A stretch of 15,165 bases of DNA, taken from contig JBLIRO010000101.1 in the NCBI GenBank assembly GCA_049472335.1, forward strand, positions 1 to 15,165, written 5' to 3'. Under the pieces are notes generated by a model. The model was not told the DNA's origin, did not search any database, and saw only the letters and a program-made list of their open reading frames with translations. Positions within the stretch are counted from its first letter, which is position 1, and the number at the start of each line of letters is the position of its first letter. The DNA is from a bacterium. Its GTDB lineage: Bacteria > SZUA-182 > DTGQ01 > JAFGSM01. The translations under genes were made by a program, and so were the position numbers. Shown piece after piece: positions 1 to 7,962 of the stretch.

Positions 1-1014
1 GGGGATGGAGAGAATGGATGGTGGAACATCGTAAAGATCCACCTGTATAACAGGCAATGGGATGAGGTCATCGATCACTTTGTAGGCTGTTTGGCCCAGA
101 TAGGCAGAAGGGGGCTGAATATCCTGATAGAGCGAATTCTCGCTACTGCCAGAATTGGTGACCTTGCTTCAATCGCAAGGGTGGTAGGTGTATTGGGCAG
201 GATCTTGCCCATTCTTGATGTTTATGATTACGAGCCGCCCCAGCGCCTTGGCTGGGAGAACATACAGCGCCAGGTCATGGATATCTTTACTCCGGAAGGG
301 GCCTTACGGGTCCCTGTGGATCAGCGCATATCCGCAGCCGAGGCCCTCGGAGGGTCGGGTGATCCGCGTTTTAACTCCATGTATCCGGAAATGCTTACTA
401 TACCCGGAATGAAGGATGTACTTTTAGGCAAATACCCAGTGACTGTCCAGGAGTATCAGAGGTTTATAGAAAACGGAGGATATGAGGAGCAACTTTACTG
501 GGGTGAGGGATGGAAGATCAAAACACAAGAAAACTGGAAGGAGCCCTTTAGATGGGATGATCAGAAAGAGCACCTGAACCGTCCGGTAACAGGGGTTTCC
601 TGGTATGAGGCCGGGGCTTACTGTAGCTGGTTGACAAAGAAAACCGGGATTCCTTTTCGATTGCCAACTGATGAAGAATGGGGGAGGGCGGCAGCTCCTT
701 CTGAAGGCAAGGGCGATTACCCCTGGGGAGATGATAAGCCAAATGAAGAGCTTCTAAATTTTAATAATAATGTCGGCCAACCAACCCCTGTGGGTATTTA
801 CCCGGCAGGCGCTGGGCCCGAAGGCCATATGGATATGGCAGGCAATGTCTGGGAGTGGATTCAGGATCTTTTTGATGAAGGGGTGGCTGGCCGGGTGTTC
901 CGCGGCGGCTGCTGGGTCAATGATGCGCAGGGCTGCCGGTCGGCATTTCGCGACGGCATCCACCCCGGCGACCGCAGCGGCGGCCTGGGCTTTCGCCTCT
1001 CCAGGTCTGTTTAA
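1..1014 (+). CDS. 5'-truncated protein with C-terminal FGE-sulfatase (SUMF1/CLec-fold) domain, probably NACHT/STAND-linked; putative DGR target
   Basis: Frame 1 is open from base 1 (GDGENGWWNIVKIHLYNRQWDEVIDHFVGCL...), so 91 is not the true start. FGE motifs: GKYPVTVQEYQRF, RPVTGVSWYEAGAYCSWL, FRLPTDEEW, YPWG, DMAGNVWEW, RVFRGGCW, GFRL. The upstream 'QWDEVI' and 'RISAAEALGGSGDPR' segments resemble the helical linker seen in NACHT-FGE proteins. Confidence 0.9.
   Translation, partial: GDGENGWWNIVKIHLYNRQWDEVIDHFVGCLAQIGRRGLNILIERILATARIGDLASIARVVGVLGRILPILDVYDYEPPQRLGWENIQRQVMDIFTPEGALRVPVDQRISAAEALGGSGDPRFNSMYPEMLTIPGMKDVLLGKYPVTVQEYQRFIENGGYEEQLYWGEGWKIKTQENWKEPFRWDDQKEHLNRPVTGVSWYEAGAYCSWLTKKTGIPFRLPTDEEWGRAAAPSEGKGDYPWGDDKPNEELLNFNNNVGQPTPVGIYPAGAGPEGHMDMAGNVWEWIQDLFDEGVAGRVFRGGCWVNDAQGCRSAFRDGIHPGDRSGGLGFRLSRSV
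881..1014 (+). other. Putative DGR variable region (VR)
   Basis: 881-1000 has 88/120 G+C and only 10 A, against 52/120 G+C at 421-540 of the same gene. Non-conserved codons between the fixed CLec residues mostly end in C or T (TTC, TGC, GTC, AAT, GAT, GGC, TTT, GAC, GGC, ATC, CAC, GAC, AGC, GGC, GGC), as expected for AAY template codons after adenine mutagenesis. Confidence 0.65.
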
Positions 1015-1049
1015 CTTGGCCCTTGATCCCTTGTACCCTTGGTCTCTTG
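1014..1049 (+). repeat. 8-nt-period tandem repeat (CCCTTG core) directly after the stop codon
   Basis: CCCTTG at 1020, 1028 and 1036; CTCTTG at 1044; partial ACTTG at 1014. Confidence 0.8.
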
Positions 1050-1088
1050 TGGTTAAGGATTTACTTATAACTCTGTATACAAATGTTT

Positions 1089-1526
1089 CTAGAAATTTTC
1101 TGAGTTGTGAATTAATCCTTCTCCCTTTACTGCTTTCTTCAATTGTTCATCAAAGGTCAAAAGGATCAATTCCGGGAGTTCTTTTTGAAGGGTTTTGGCT
1201 GTTACAAGATGCCAGAGGTCGGCTCCTCACAATGGCCATTTCTTTGAGAGATACGATATGGTCTTCCATTCCGGTTGGAAATTTATTCGCCTCCATGGCC
1301 CTTGTTTTACAAGATTTAATGCATCCTGAATCTGTAAATCATCCAGGGCGCCTTCTCTTTTAATCCTTCCAATCACTGCACAGGTCTCTGCATAGGCCAG
1401 TGTGGAGATTAGATTATTTTCTCCCTTTTTTATCCAACTCTGGGCTGTTTCACTGTTTTTATCATAAGACAGAACGGATAAAATGGCTGATGTATCCTAA
1501 AAGATAACATATACTTCTTCAGCCAT
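1089..1526 (-). pseudogene. vapC: PIN-domain (VapC-like) toxin pseudogene, 145 codons, two in-frame stops
   Basis: Manual translation: MAEEVYVIF*DTSAILSVL...STLAYAETCAVIGR...KKWPL*GADLWHLVTA...LLTFDEQLKKAVKGEGL. PIN motifs DTSA, AE, GADxxH and TFD are present. TAG at 1497-1499 (codon 10), TGA at 1227-1229 (codon 100), no frameshift, natural stop at 1089-1091. The ATG overlaps the end of the antitoxin gene by 8 nt. Confidence 0.88.
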
Positions 1527-1812
1527 CTATTCTGTCCTCATGAAGAAATCTCTGGGCTATTTCACAAGGAAGCCGAATCGGGGGAGGAATCTCATTGTTA
1601 TGTAATTTCAATCCCTTTGGCTCTAATAATCCTCGACTCTCTAGACTCTTAATCCTATCAGCTAAAGATCTGTCTTCGGTTTTTACCGGCACCATTTTTA
1701 CTACCGGACGACCGCGATCCGTTAATATAACCTCGCCGCCATTTAAGACAATTTTAACAAGCTTGCTCAGGTTGATTTTTGCTTCGCGTATTCCAATAAT
1801 TTTTGATTGCAT
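1519..1812 (-). CDS. Phd/YefM family type II antitoxin
   Basis: IGIREAKINLSKLVKIVLNGGEVILTDRGRPVVKMVP is a typical Phd/YefM N-terminus. GAGGTG precedes the ATG at 1812, which is preferred over 1824. It overlaps the start of the PIN gene. Confidence 0.92.
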   Translation of the reverse strand: MQSKIIGIREAKINLSKLVKIVLNGGEVILTDRGRPVVKMVPVKTEDRSLADRIKSLESRGLLEPKGLKLHNNEIPPPIRLPCEIAQRFLHEDRIDG

Positions 1813-1854
1813 AACACACCTCATTAAGAAACCATATTTTTTTGCATTGTAACT

Positions 1855-1883
1855 ATTGTATCCACTTTTGCATTATTTGTCAT
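1855..1883 (-). promoter_or_regulatory. Candidate sigma70 promoter of the Phd-VapC operon
   Basis: Minus strand ATGACA-17 nt-TACAAT; a second TACAAT and repeated AATGCAAAA lie nearby (possible operator). Confidence 0.5.
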
Positions 1884-2135
1884 TTCCATTACTCAATAGT
1901 GAAAGGTCCTCGAATGTTTTGCTTTACAGAGCTTATCAGTACATCGAACCAGTCCTCAAAATCCACAGGTATTGTTTTTATGTTGAAGAATTAGTATTGT
2001 TTTATATTATTCTTTTAAGATAGAGGAAGTTTTGTTTTGCCATTGAAAGGATCATGAATATTTAATTTACAAAGGGGAATGAAAATAGTAAAAGGGATTT
2101 TCAGTTAAAAAAGGTTTTAAAAAAGGGGAGACATA

Positions 2136-3314
2136 ATGAATGGATTGGAGATAAAGCCAGACATATACTGGGTCGGAGGGATTGACTGGGACCTGAGAAA
2201 TTTTCATGGATATATTACCCAGAGGGGAAGCACCTATAATGCGTATATTATACGGGATAAAAAAATCGTTCTCATAGACACGGTGAAACATTATATGTTT
2301 GATGAGATGCTTTCCAGGATAAAGGATGTGATCGACCCATCATGGATAGACTATATCGTCTCGAATCATGTGGAGATGGATCATTCCGGATCGCTTCCCA
2401 AAATGCTGGAGCTTGCCCCCAAGGCAAAGATAATCACATCGCCCCTGGGGGAAAAGGGGCTCCGCCGACATTACAAGAAAGACTGGGATTTTCAGGTGGT
2501 CAAGTCCGGAGACATTTTAAATATAGGGAAACATAACCTGCATTTCGTCCATACCCAGATGGTGCACTGGCCGGATTCCATGGTGACCTATATTCCCGAA
2601 GAAAGGCTTCTTCTTCCCAATGACGCCTTTGGCCAGCATATAGCCTCTTTTGAAAGGTTCGACAGGGAGATAGGCTGGGATATAGCAAAGGAAGAGGCCG
2701 CCAAGTATTACGCGAATATCGTGCTGCCCTATGCCGATCAGGTGCAGAAGGCGCTGGACGCGCTTTCAGGGATGGACATAGACATGATTGCACCCAGCCA
2801 CGGGTTGATATGGAGTGAATTTGTCCCTGACATCATAAAAGAATATTCCGGATGGGCGCAGAATGAAACAAAGAACAAGGCATTGATCGTTTATGATTCC
2901 ATGTGGGGTTCCACATCGAAGATCGCTTACGCGCTTGAGGAAGGCCTGACTGAACAGGGGCTCGGTGTTACCATGAGGAACCTCAAGACAAGCGATATAT
3001 CGGACATAATGACCGATCTCCTTACCGCAAAGATGGTCCTGATCGGATCTCCAACCCTCAATAACGGCCTGCTCCCGAGTGTGGCGGCCTTTCTCACATA
3101 CATTAAAGGCCTGAGGCCGAGAAAAAGGATTGGTTTCGCCTTTGGCTCTTACGGGTGGGGAGGCCAGGCAGCAGGGGAGATAGAGGCCATAATGAAGACC
3201 CTGGGATGGGAGATGCCCTTTGAATCCATAAATATCAAATATGTCCCTGACCCGGCAGACCTGATGAAGGTTAAAGAGACAGGAAATCAGTTGGCGCAAT
3301 GTCTTGCTGCTTGA
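2136..3314 (+). CDS. fprA: Flavodiiron protein (FprA/A-type flavoprotein; metallo-beta-lactamase plus flavodoxin domains), O2/NO reductase
   Basis: Diiron ligand motifs NHVEMDHSG, HWPD, NDAFGQH and PSHG; flavodoxin motifs SMWGST, GSPTLNN and FGSYGWGG; G-rich RBS (GGGGAG). Confidence 0.96.
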   Translation: MNGLEIKPDIYWVGGIDWDLRNFHGYITQRGSTYNAYIIRDKKIVLIDTVKHYMFDEMLSRIKDVIDPSWIDYIVSNHVEMDHSGSLPKMLELAPKAKIITSPLGEKGLRRHYKKDWDFQVVKSGDILNIGKHNLHFVHTQMVHWPDSMVTYIPEERLLLPNDAFGQHIASFERFDREIGWDIAKEEAAKYYANIVLPYADQVQKALDALSGMDIDMIAPSHGLIWSEFVPDIIKEYSGWAQNETKNKALIVYDSMWGSTSKIAYALEEGLTEQGLGVTMRNLKTSDISDIMTDLLTAKMVLIGSPTLNNGLLPSVAAFLTYIKGLRPRKRIGFAFGSYGWGGQAAGEIEAIMKTLGWEMPFESINIKYVPDPADLMKVKETGNQLAQCLAA

Positions 3315-3403
3315 TTACGGTTTCCGATCCCTTAACCTTGTTTAGGCTTTTGAGGTTCAACTGCACAAATTTAAATCATGGGTGAAAGAAATTTTCGAAA
3401 TTA

Positions 3404-3450
3404 TTGACAAAAAGAATATTTCGTTCTAAAATAAGGACAAATTTGTCTTA
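3404..3450 (+). promoter_or_regulatory. Sigma70 promoter with palindromic operator over the predicted start site of the abiE operon
   Basis: TTGACA (3404-3409), 17 nt spacer, TAAAAT (3427-3432); perfect 12-bp palindrome GACAAATTTGTC at 3436-3447. Confidence 0.75.
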
Positions 3451-3467
3451 AATCGGAAACGTAAATT

Positions 3468-4268
3468 ATGCTCTATGATGATCTGATTAATAAAGCACAA
3501 GAAGAGGGAATTCCGGAACAGGTTGTTTTAAAAGAAGCTATTCAGATTTATGTCTTAAGTGATCTCTATGCACAGCCTCTTTCCAGTAAAGTAACCTTTC
3601 AAGGTGGAACGTGTTTGCGCTTGGTTTATGGTGCACCAAGGTATTCTGACGATATTGATTTCGTTTCTGATGCAAATGATCAGGATTTAAATTCAATATT
3701 TTTATCTCTTAAGAAATCAATCCCTAAAATCGGTCCTTTATTCAATGGAAATGTTGAGCTTAGAAAACAAAAGCAAACACCCCAATTGTCAAGATGGAAG
3801 GTTTCTTATTCTACCCATCCTTTTACAAAGTCCTTTTCGGTAAAAATTGAATTAGCACACTATCCTGCCTATACTTATAGCCTCTCTCCCATTCATTCAT
3901 CAAAATCACTTCCGGGATTACCATTTACAATAATAAGGGCTGAAACCACCGAGGAAATTCTTGCTGATAAATTGATTGCGATTGCAGGAAGGCCATTTAT
4001 CAAGGGAAGGGATCTTTTTGATATTTGGTTTCTGGAGGGAAAAGGCGTAAAACTCAGGCAAGACCTCCTAATAAAAAAATTTAGTGATTATAATGTTAAA
4101 AAAGAAAAATTAAAGGAAAATATCTCCCTGCTTTCTGTTGAAAGTCTAAAGAGAGAGATGAATTTCTTTTTACCAAAAAGGTTCCGCTATCAGCTTGAGG
4201 TTGATAATTATACGGCATTGCTTAACACTGTGAGAAATGTAATCATGAACGGGATTGATTTATTATGA
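3468..4268 (+). CDS. abiEii: AbiEii/AbiGii-family nucleotidyltransferase toxin (type IV TA / abortive infection)
   Basis: TFQGGTCLRLVYGAPRYSDDIDF, EILADKLIAIAGR and KGRDLFDIWFL motifs. Confidence 0.92.
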   Translation: MLYDDLINKAQEEGIPEQVVLKEAIQIYVLSDLYAQPLSSKVTFQGGTCLRLVYGAPRYSDDIDFVSDANDQDLNSIFLSLKKSIPKIGPLFNGNVELRKQKQTPQLSRWKVSYSTHPFTKSFSVKIELAHYPAYTYSLSPIHSSKSLPGLPFTIIRAETTEEILADKLIAIAGRPFIKGRDLFDIWFLEGKGVKLRQDLLIKKFSDYNVKKEKLKENISLLSVESLKREMNFFLPKRFRYQLEVDNYTALLNTVRNVIMNGIDLL

Positions 4269-4870
4269 GTACTTATTTTACCCTCGACAGGTGGATCACA
4301 CTCCTTCAAAGGGCAGGGAAGGAGGGAGGCAAAATTCTAACTCCTTATAATCTTCAAATTGAATCCGGTTTGAGTCTCACTGCAATTAAAAAGAGCATCC
4401 AACGTTTGAGGAAAAAAGGATATATTGCAAAATTAAAGGGGAATTTTTATGCAAATACATTTGCATTTCCTTCTCTTGAGGAAATTGCAATGCTTTTAGG
4501 GAGGCCCTGTTATATCTCTTTTGAGAGCGCTATGGAAAAACATGGGATCATTTCTCAAATGCCATTAGTGCTTACTTGCGCTACATCAGGCAAGACAAAA
4601 AATATTACAACTCCTATCGGTGAAATCTCCTTACATCATATTCACTCCCGGTTATTTACTGACTATTTTAATGAGGGGGGAATTTTGTGGGCCAAGCCTG
4701 AAAAGGCACTTTTGGATTATATCTATATTCATTTAAAGGTAAGAAACGAGATCATGGCATTAGACGAGATCAATTGGGAAGGATTAAACAAAATGGATTT
4801 AAGAGAACTTTCCTCAAAATATCCTAAATCTGTAAAAAAGACTCTATTGCTTTGGAATAATCTATTATAG
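4265..4870 (+). CDS. abiEi: AbiEi-family antitoxin / transcriptional regulator
   Basis: N-terminal wHTH-like region (AIKKSIQRLRKKGYIAKLKGNFY), PCYISFESAMEKHGIISQMP and AKPEKALLDYIY; ATGA overlap with the toxin stop codon. Confidence 0.9.
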   Translation: MSTYFTLDRWITLLQRAGKEGGKILTPYNLQIESGLSLTAIKKSIQRLRKKGYIAKLKGNFYANTFAFPSLEEIAMLLGRPCYISFESAMEKHGIISQMPLVLTCATSGKTKNITTPIGEISLHHIHSRLFTDYFNEGGILWAKPEKALLDYIYIHLKVRNEIMALDEINWEGLNKMDLRELSSKYPKSVKKTLLLWNNLL

Positions 4871-5118
4871 TCTTTTTTTTGGCAATCTTTTTATTTCTAA
4901 TACTGTTTTTAAAAGGTGTAATCGGTTATATATTGAAGTCTGTGGGGGGAACTATGGATTGAATTATTTTTATTGCCTTTCAACCTGTTGTTCTTTTAAA
5001 TTACATCCGATAAATAATTATCTATTCAATTTAACCGATTAATTTTTTAATGTCTGAAAGCCCATTATAATCAAGATGATAGTGGGGAATAAGAAATAAT
5101 TAAAAAGGAGTAAGAAAG

Positions 5119-5499
5119 ATGTTCTCAATTCTCACCGTGGACGACGAAGTTGATATCTGTAAAATGATTGCATCTTTTTTGAAACCAAAAGGATATGATG
5201 TGAGGATTTCCAACTCGGGTGAAAAGGCGCTTGAAATGATTGCCGATGAAAGGCCTGACGTAATCCTTATGGATCTGAATATGCCTGGCATGGGGGGAGA
5301 AACAACATTAAAGGAAATAAAGAAATATTATTCCGATCTTCCGGTTGTCATGGTAACAGTAATCGATAACGAAAAAAAGGCCATAGAGCTTTTGGATGAA
5401 GGCGCTTCCGACTATATCACCAAACCAATAAACTTCAATTATCTCCAAAAAATCATTTCTTCCTTGGAGTCCATATGTAATAAGGACCTTCCGGTTTAA
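5119..5499 (+). CDS. Single-domain response regulator (receiver only, CheY-like)
   Basis: ILTVDDE, DVILMDLNMPGMGG, VMVT and DYITKP motifs; AAGGAG RBS. Confidence 0.93.
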   Translation: MFSILTVDDEVDICKMIASFLKPKGYDVRISNSGEKALEMIADERPDVILMDLNMPGMGGETTLKEIKKYYSDLPVVMVTVIDNEKKAIELLDEGASDYITKPINFNYLQKIISSLESICNKDLPV

Positions 5500-5523
5500 G
5501 GGACTGAGCTGGTATGCCGGCTT

Positions 5524-6045
5524 CTATCTTTCTATTATACTTGCCAGAACTAAGGCTTCAGAGTATGCAATGATCGCCCAAAAAATAAGTTCGATTATTA
5601 TTAAATAGAAAGGTTCACCAAACATATTAAAAGGTGTAAAGAATTCCCAGAATAAAAAGCATAATAAGAATATAAGACTCCCAAAACGTAAGGATCGCGA
5701 TAATATCCCTTCGGGCCAGCATCTTGAGAGCCAATAATAGATAAAAGCATGTATGATGCCAAATATAATCAGACCGAATATCATAGGCAGAGGATTGTTT
5801 ACAATAAGAGGAATCGGATTGATTTCAGTCCAGACTGCTATTAATTTTTCGCTTTGGATTTCAGGATTGAGGAGAATTCCATTCCCGTTCCATCCAAAAC
5901 CTATCAATCTGAATGTAAGCAACATTGAAATATTTAAGGTTATCCCGGCACATATCCCACTGAAAAATATTCTGGTTTTATTGATCATTTTACTTTGAAT
6001 ATTGATACCTTCATCCATAGCAAAGATCATTTTCCTTACAGGCAA
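5524..6045 (-). CDS. Hypothetical integral membrane protein (~4 TM segments)
   Basis: Four hydrophobic segments. Start uncertain; alternative ATGs at 6030, 6018 and 5988. Confidence 0.75.
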   Translation of the reverse strand: MPVRKMIFAMDEGINIQSKMINKTRIFFSGICAGITLNISMLLTFRLIGFGWNGNGILLNPEIQSEKLIAVWTEINPIPLIVNNPLPMIFGLIIFGIIHAFIYYWLSRCWPEGILSRSLRFGSLIFLLCFLFWEFFTPFNMFGEPFYLIIIELIFWAIIAYSEALVLASIIER

Positions 6046-6063
6046 ATGTGTTTTGGCATGCTA

Positions 6064-6555
6064 TTATTCCATCTTCAGTATTTGTAATCCTTTTTCACTA
6101 TCCGCCACATATGGATAACCATCCTTATATAAAATCCCGCAGGCATAACCGTTCGTTTTGTAGTTGGTAATCCCTTTAAGCATGGAAGAATTTTTTATAT
6201 CCACTATCTGAATCCCCATCTTACAATCCGCTATGTAGGCGTAATCTCCATCTATAGCCACATCGCAGGCATAACCGGGTGTGTCGAAACTGCTCACAAG
6301 GTCGGGTTTTGATGGATCTGAAATGTCGATGATCAAAAGCCCGGTGTCCCCATCCCCCACATAAGCGTATTTCCCAACAACATTTACGGAACGGGCCTCT
6401 CCCGGCGTGTCATATTCTCCTGCCTTTTTCAGGGCCTTGATCTCCAGGGCCAAAGAAGACTTAGCCGCATTTAATGCGGGAACAAGGAAGCTGCATATAC
6501 AAATAAAAAAGGTAAGCAAAACCGGAAACGATGGAATAAACCTCTTTTTTAACAT
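6064..6555 (-). CDS. Small secreted LVIVD-repeat protein (~3 repeats)
   Basis: Signal-peptide-like N-terminus; repeats YDTPGEARSVNVVGKYAYVGDGDTGLLIIDISDPSKP and FDTPGYACDVAIDGDYAYIADCKMGIQIVDI; GAGGAG RBS before the ATG at 6555. Confidence 0.85.
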   Translation of the reverse strand: MLKKRFIPSFPVLLTFFICICSFLVPALNAAKSSLALEIKALKKAGEYDTPGEARSVNVVGKYAYVGDGDTGLLIIDISDPSKPDLVSSFDTPGYACDVAIDGDYAYIADCKMGIQIVDIKNSSMLKGITNYKTNGYACGILYKDGYPYVADSEKGLQILKME

Positions 6556-6656
6556 TTTTTTCTCCTCTTGTATTAAAACCATGAATTCAATATCGTATGA
6601 AAGCTGTCAGTTTGTTTATCTCTTTTAAGACATGTAGATATATATCCTTATTAAAA

Positions 6657-6718
6657 AGTATATTAATCAACAGGTGATCTTGTCAATAAGAGGATATGAT
6701 TCTTCAAACAAAGAATCA
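6657..6718 (-). promoter_or_regulatory. Candidate sigma70 promoter with an upstream 8-bp inverted repeat
   Basis: Minus strand TTGACA (6686-6681), 18 nt spacer, TATACT (6662-6657); TGATTCTT-N6-AAGAATCA at 6697-6718. Confidence 0.5.
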
Positions 6719-6745
6719 AAGGTTATACGAAACATACGGAAGGTT

Positions 6746-6952
6746 TTATTCTATAGCCCATTCATCATTTATGGGATCATGTTTCAAAAGGTATGTTTCT
6801 CCATCATCCGCTAGAAGCTTAAAACAATCAAATTCCGGTGTGCGCCACTTATCAATGATTTTTTCAACATAAAGCCTTCTATCGTCGATCATAAAACTCA
6901 AAGGTCTTTCATCAGCCTTAAAACCAGAATAGCATTCTACCTTGATTTTCAT
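6746..6952 (-). CDS. Small conserved hypothetical protein (DUF6504-like)
   Basis: VECYSGFKADERPLSF...VEKIIDKW...FKLLADDGETYLLKHD...W pattern recognised as a small conserved bacterial family; the family label is tentative. Confidence 0.75.
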   Translation of the reverse strand: MKIKVECYSGFKADERPLSFMIDDRRLYVEKIIDKWRTPEFDCFKLLADDGETYLLKHDPINDEWAIE

Positions 6953-6995
6953 TTTAATCTTAAATATTTAAATTTCAGATATATAGTAATTTATG

Positions 6996-7676
6996 TTATC
7001 TTTCGTTTTTGACCCATAGTATGGCATGTTTAAGTAATTCCTCTCCGTTTCTGAGACTCAATTTGTCCTTGATATGAGTACGGTAAGTCTCAACCGTTCT
7101 TATACTTAGATATAATTCTTCTGCTATGCGTCTGGTGCTGTGACCCCGGCCGATTAATCGAAAAACTTCCAGCTCACGGTTGCTTAAAAGCTCTATAGGG
7201 GAGCAATATGTTTTAGATTTGTTAAACAGAGACTTATACATAACCTTTGCCGATACCTTATCACTTATAAAAAACCTTTCCAACAGAACACAACGTATTG
7301 CCTTTATGATATTTTTTAATGCCTCGTGCTTCATAAGATAACCATTGGCCCCTGCGTTAAGAACACGTTCTGCATAAAAAGATTCATCCAGCATGGAAAA
7401 AACCAGAACAGGAAACTTGGGATACTGTTGCCTGATATTTTCGATAAGCTTGATACCATTGACCCCTTTAATGGAAATGTCAATAATAGCCAGATCGGGT
7501 TTCAGGATCTTAATGAGCTCCATTGCCTCATGGGCATTTTCGGCTTCACCGCAGACCTTAAGACCGTCGCTATTATTGATAAGGTGAATAAGACCAAGAC
7601 GCACGATTGGCTGGAAATCCATAATTAGAATACAACTTTCATCTTTTCCGGATTCATGTTCTTTTAATAATGACAT
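6996..7676 (-). CDS. NarL/FixJ-family DNA-binding response regulator (REC + LuxR HTH)
   Basis: PDLAIIDISI, FSM, GANGYLMK; LSNRELEVFRLIGRGHSTRRIAEELYLSIRTVETYRTHIKDKL; GGGAG RBS. Confidence 0.95.
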   Translation of the reverse strand: MSLLKEHESGKDESCILIMDFQPIVRLGLIHLINNSDGLKVCGEAENAHEAMELIKILKPDLAIIDISIKGVNGIKLIENIRQQYPKFPVLVFSMLDESFYAERVLNAGANGYLMKHEALKNIIKAIRCVLLERFFISDKVSAKVMYKSLFNKSKTYCSPIELLSNRELEVFRLIGRGHSTRRIAEELYLSIRTVETYRTHIKDKLSLRNGEELLKHAILWVKNER

Positions 7677-7933
7677 GTGATTTTCTCCCTTTTGTTAGGC
7701 TCCAAAACCATAAGATAAAATAAAAGTATTTGCCTGCTTATAATCAACTTTTTTTGATGAATCTATACATGGGAATTTTCTATAAATACATTTCACCTCT
7801 CTTGAAAGATATTAGAAACTTTATGATTAATGTTCCTAAATCAATAGACGAAAAAAAATCAATTTTTCCCCTTTTGAATATTTCTGCACATGACAATAAA
7901 GTGAGGGGTAATTTTATATGTAATAATTTAATA

Positions 7934-7962
7934 TTGACAAAATAATTAGTTAATGATATAAT
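7934..7962 (+). promoter_or_regulatory. Perfect-consensus sigma70 promoter with extended -10
   Basis: TTGACA (7934-7939), 17 nt spacer, TATAAT (7957-7962), TG at 7954-7955, AT-rich upstream. Confidence 0.75.

Noticed and set aside
770..1363. 197-aa + strand ORF
   Set aside because: It overlaps the FGE gene out of frame and is antisense to the VapC pseudogene; no recognisable motifs.
1227..1499. Pyrrolysine/selenocysteine recoding or an alternative genetic code for the PIN gene
   Set aside because: Other genes in the window end normally in TAG and TGA, and both stops are single transitions from Trp and Arg codons.
1889..1990. Minus-strand fragment FFNIKTIPVDFEDWFDVLISSV resembling a polysaccharide deacetylase N-terminus (DxEDWF)
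   Set aside because: Only ~33 codons, directly preceded by a stop, and the motif is too short to support a call.
1990..2075. PerR/Fur- or Rex-like boxes upstream of fprA
   Set aside because: Matches are poor or mis-spaced in very AT-rich DNA.
7730..7945. 71-aa + strand ORF
   Set aside because: TTG start, no RBS, AT-rich intergenic composition, and it runs into the -35 element.
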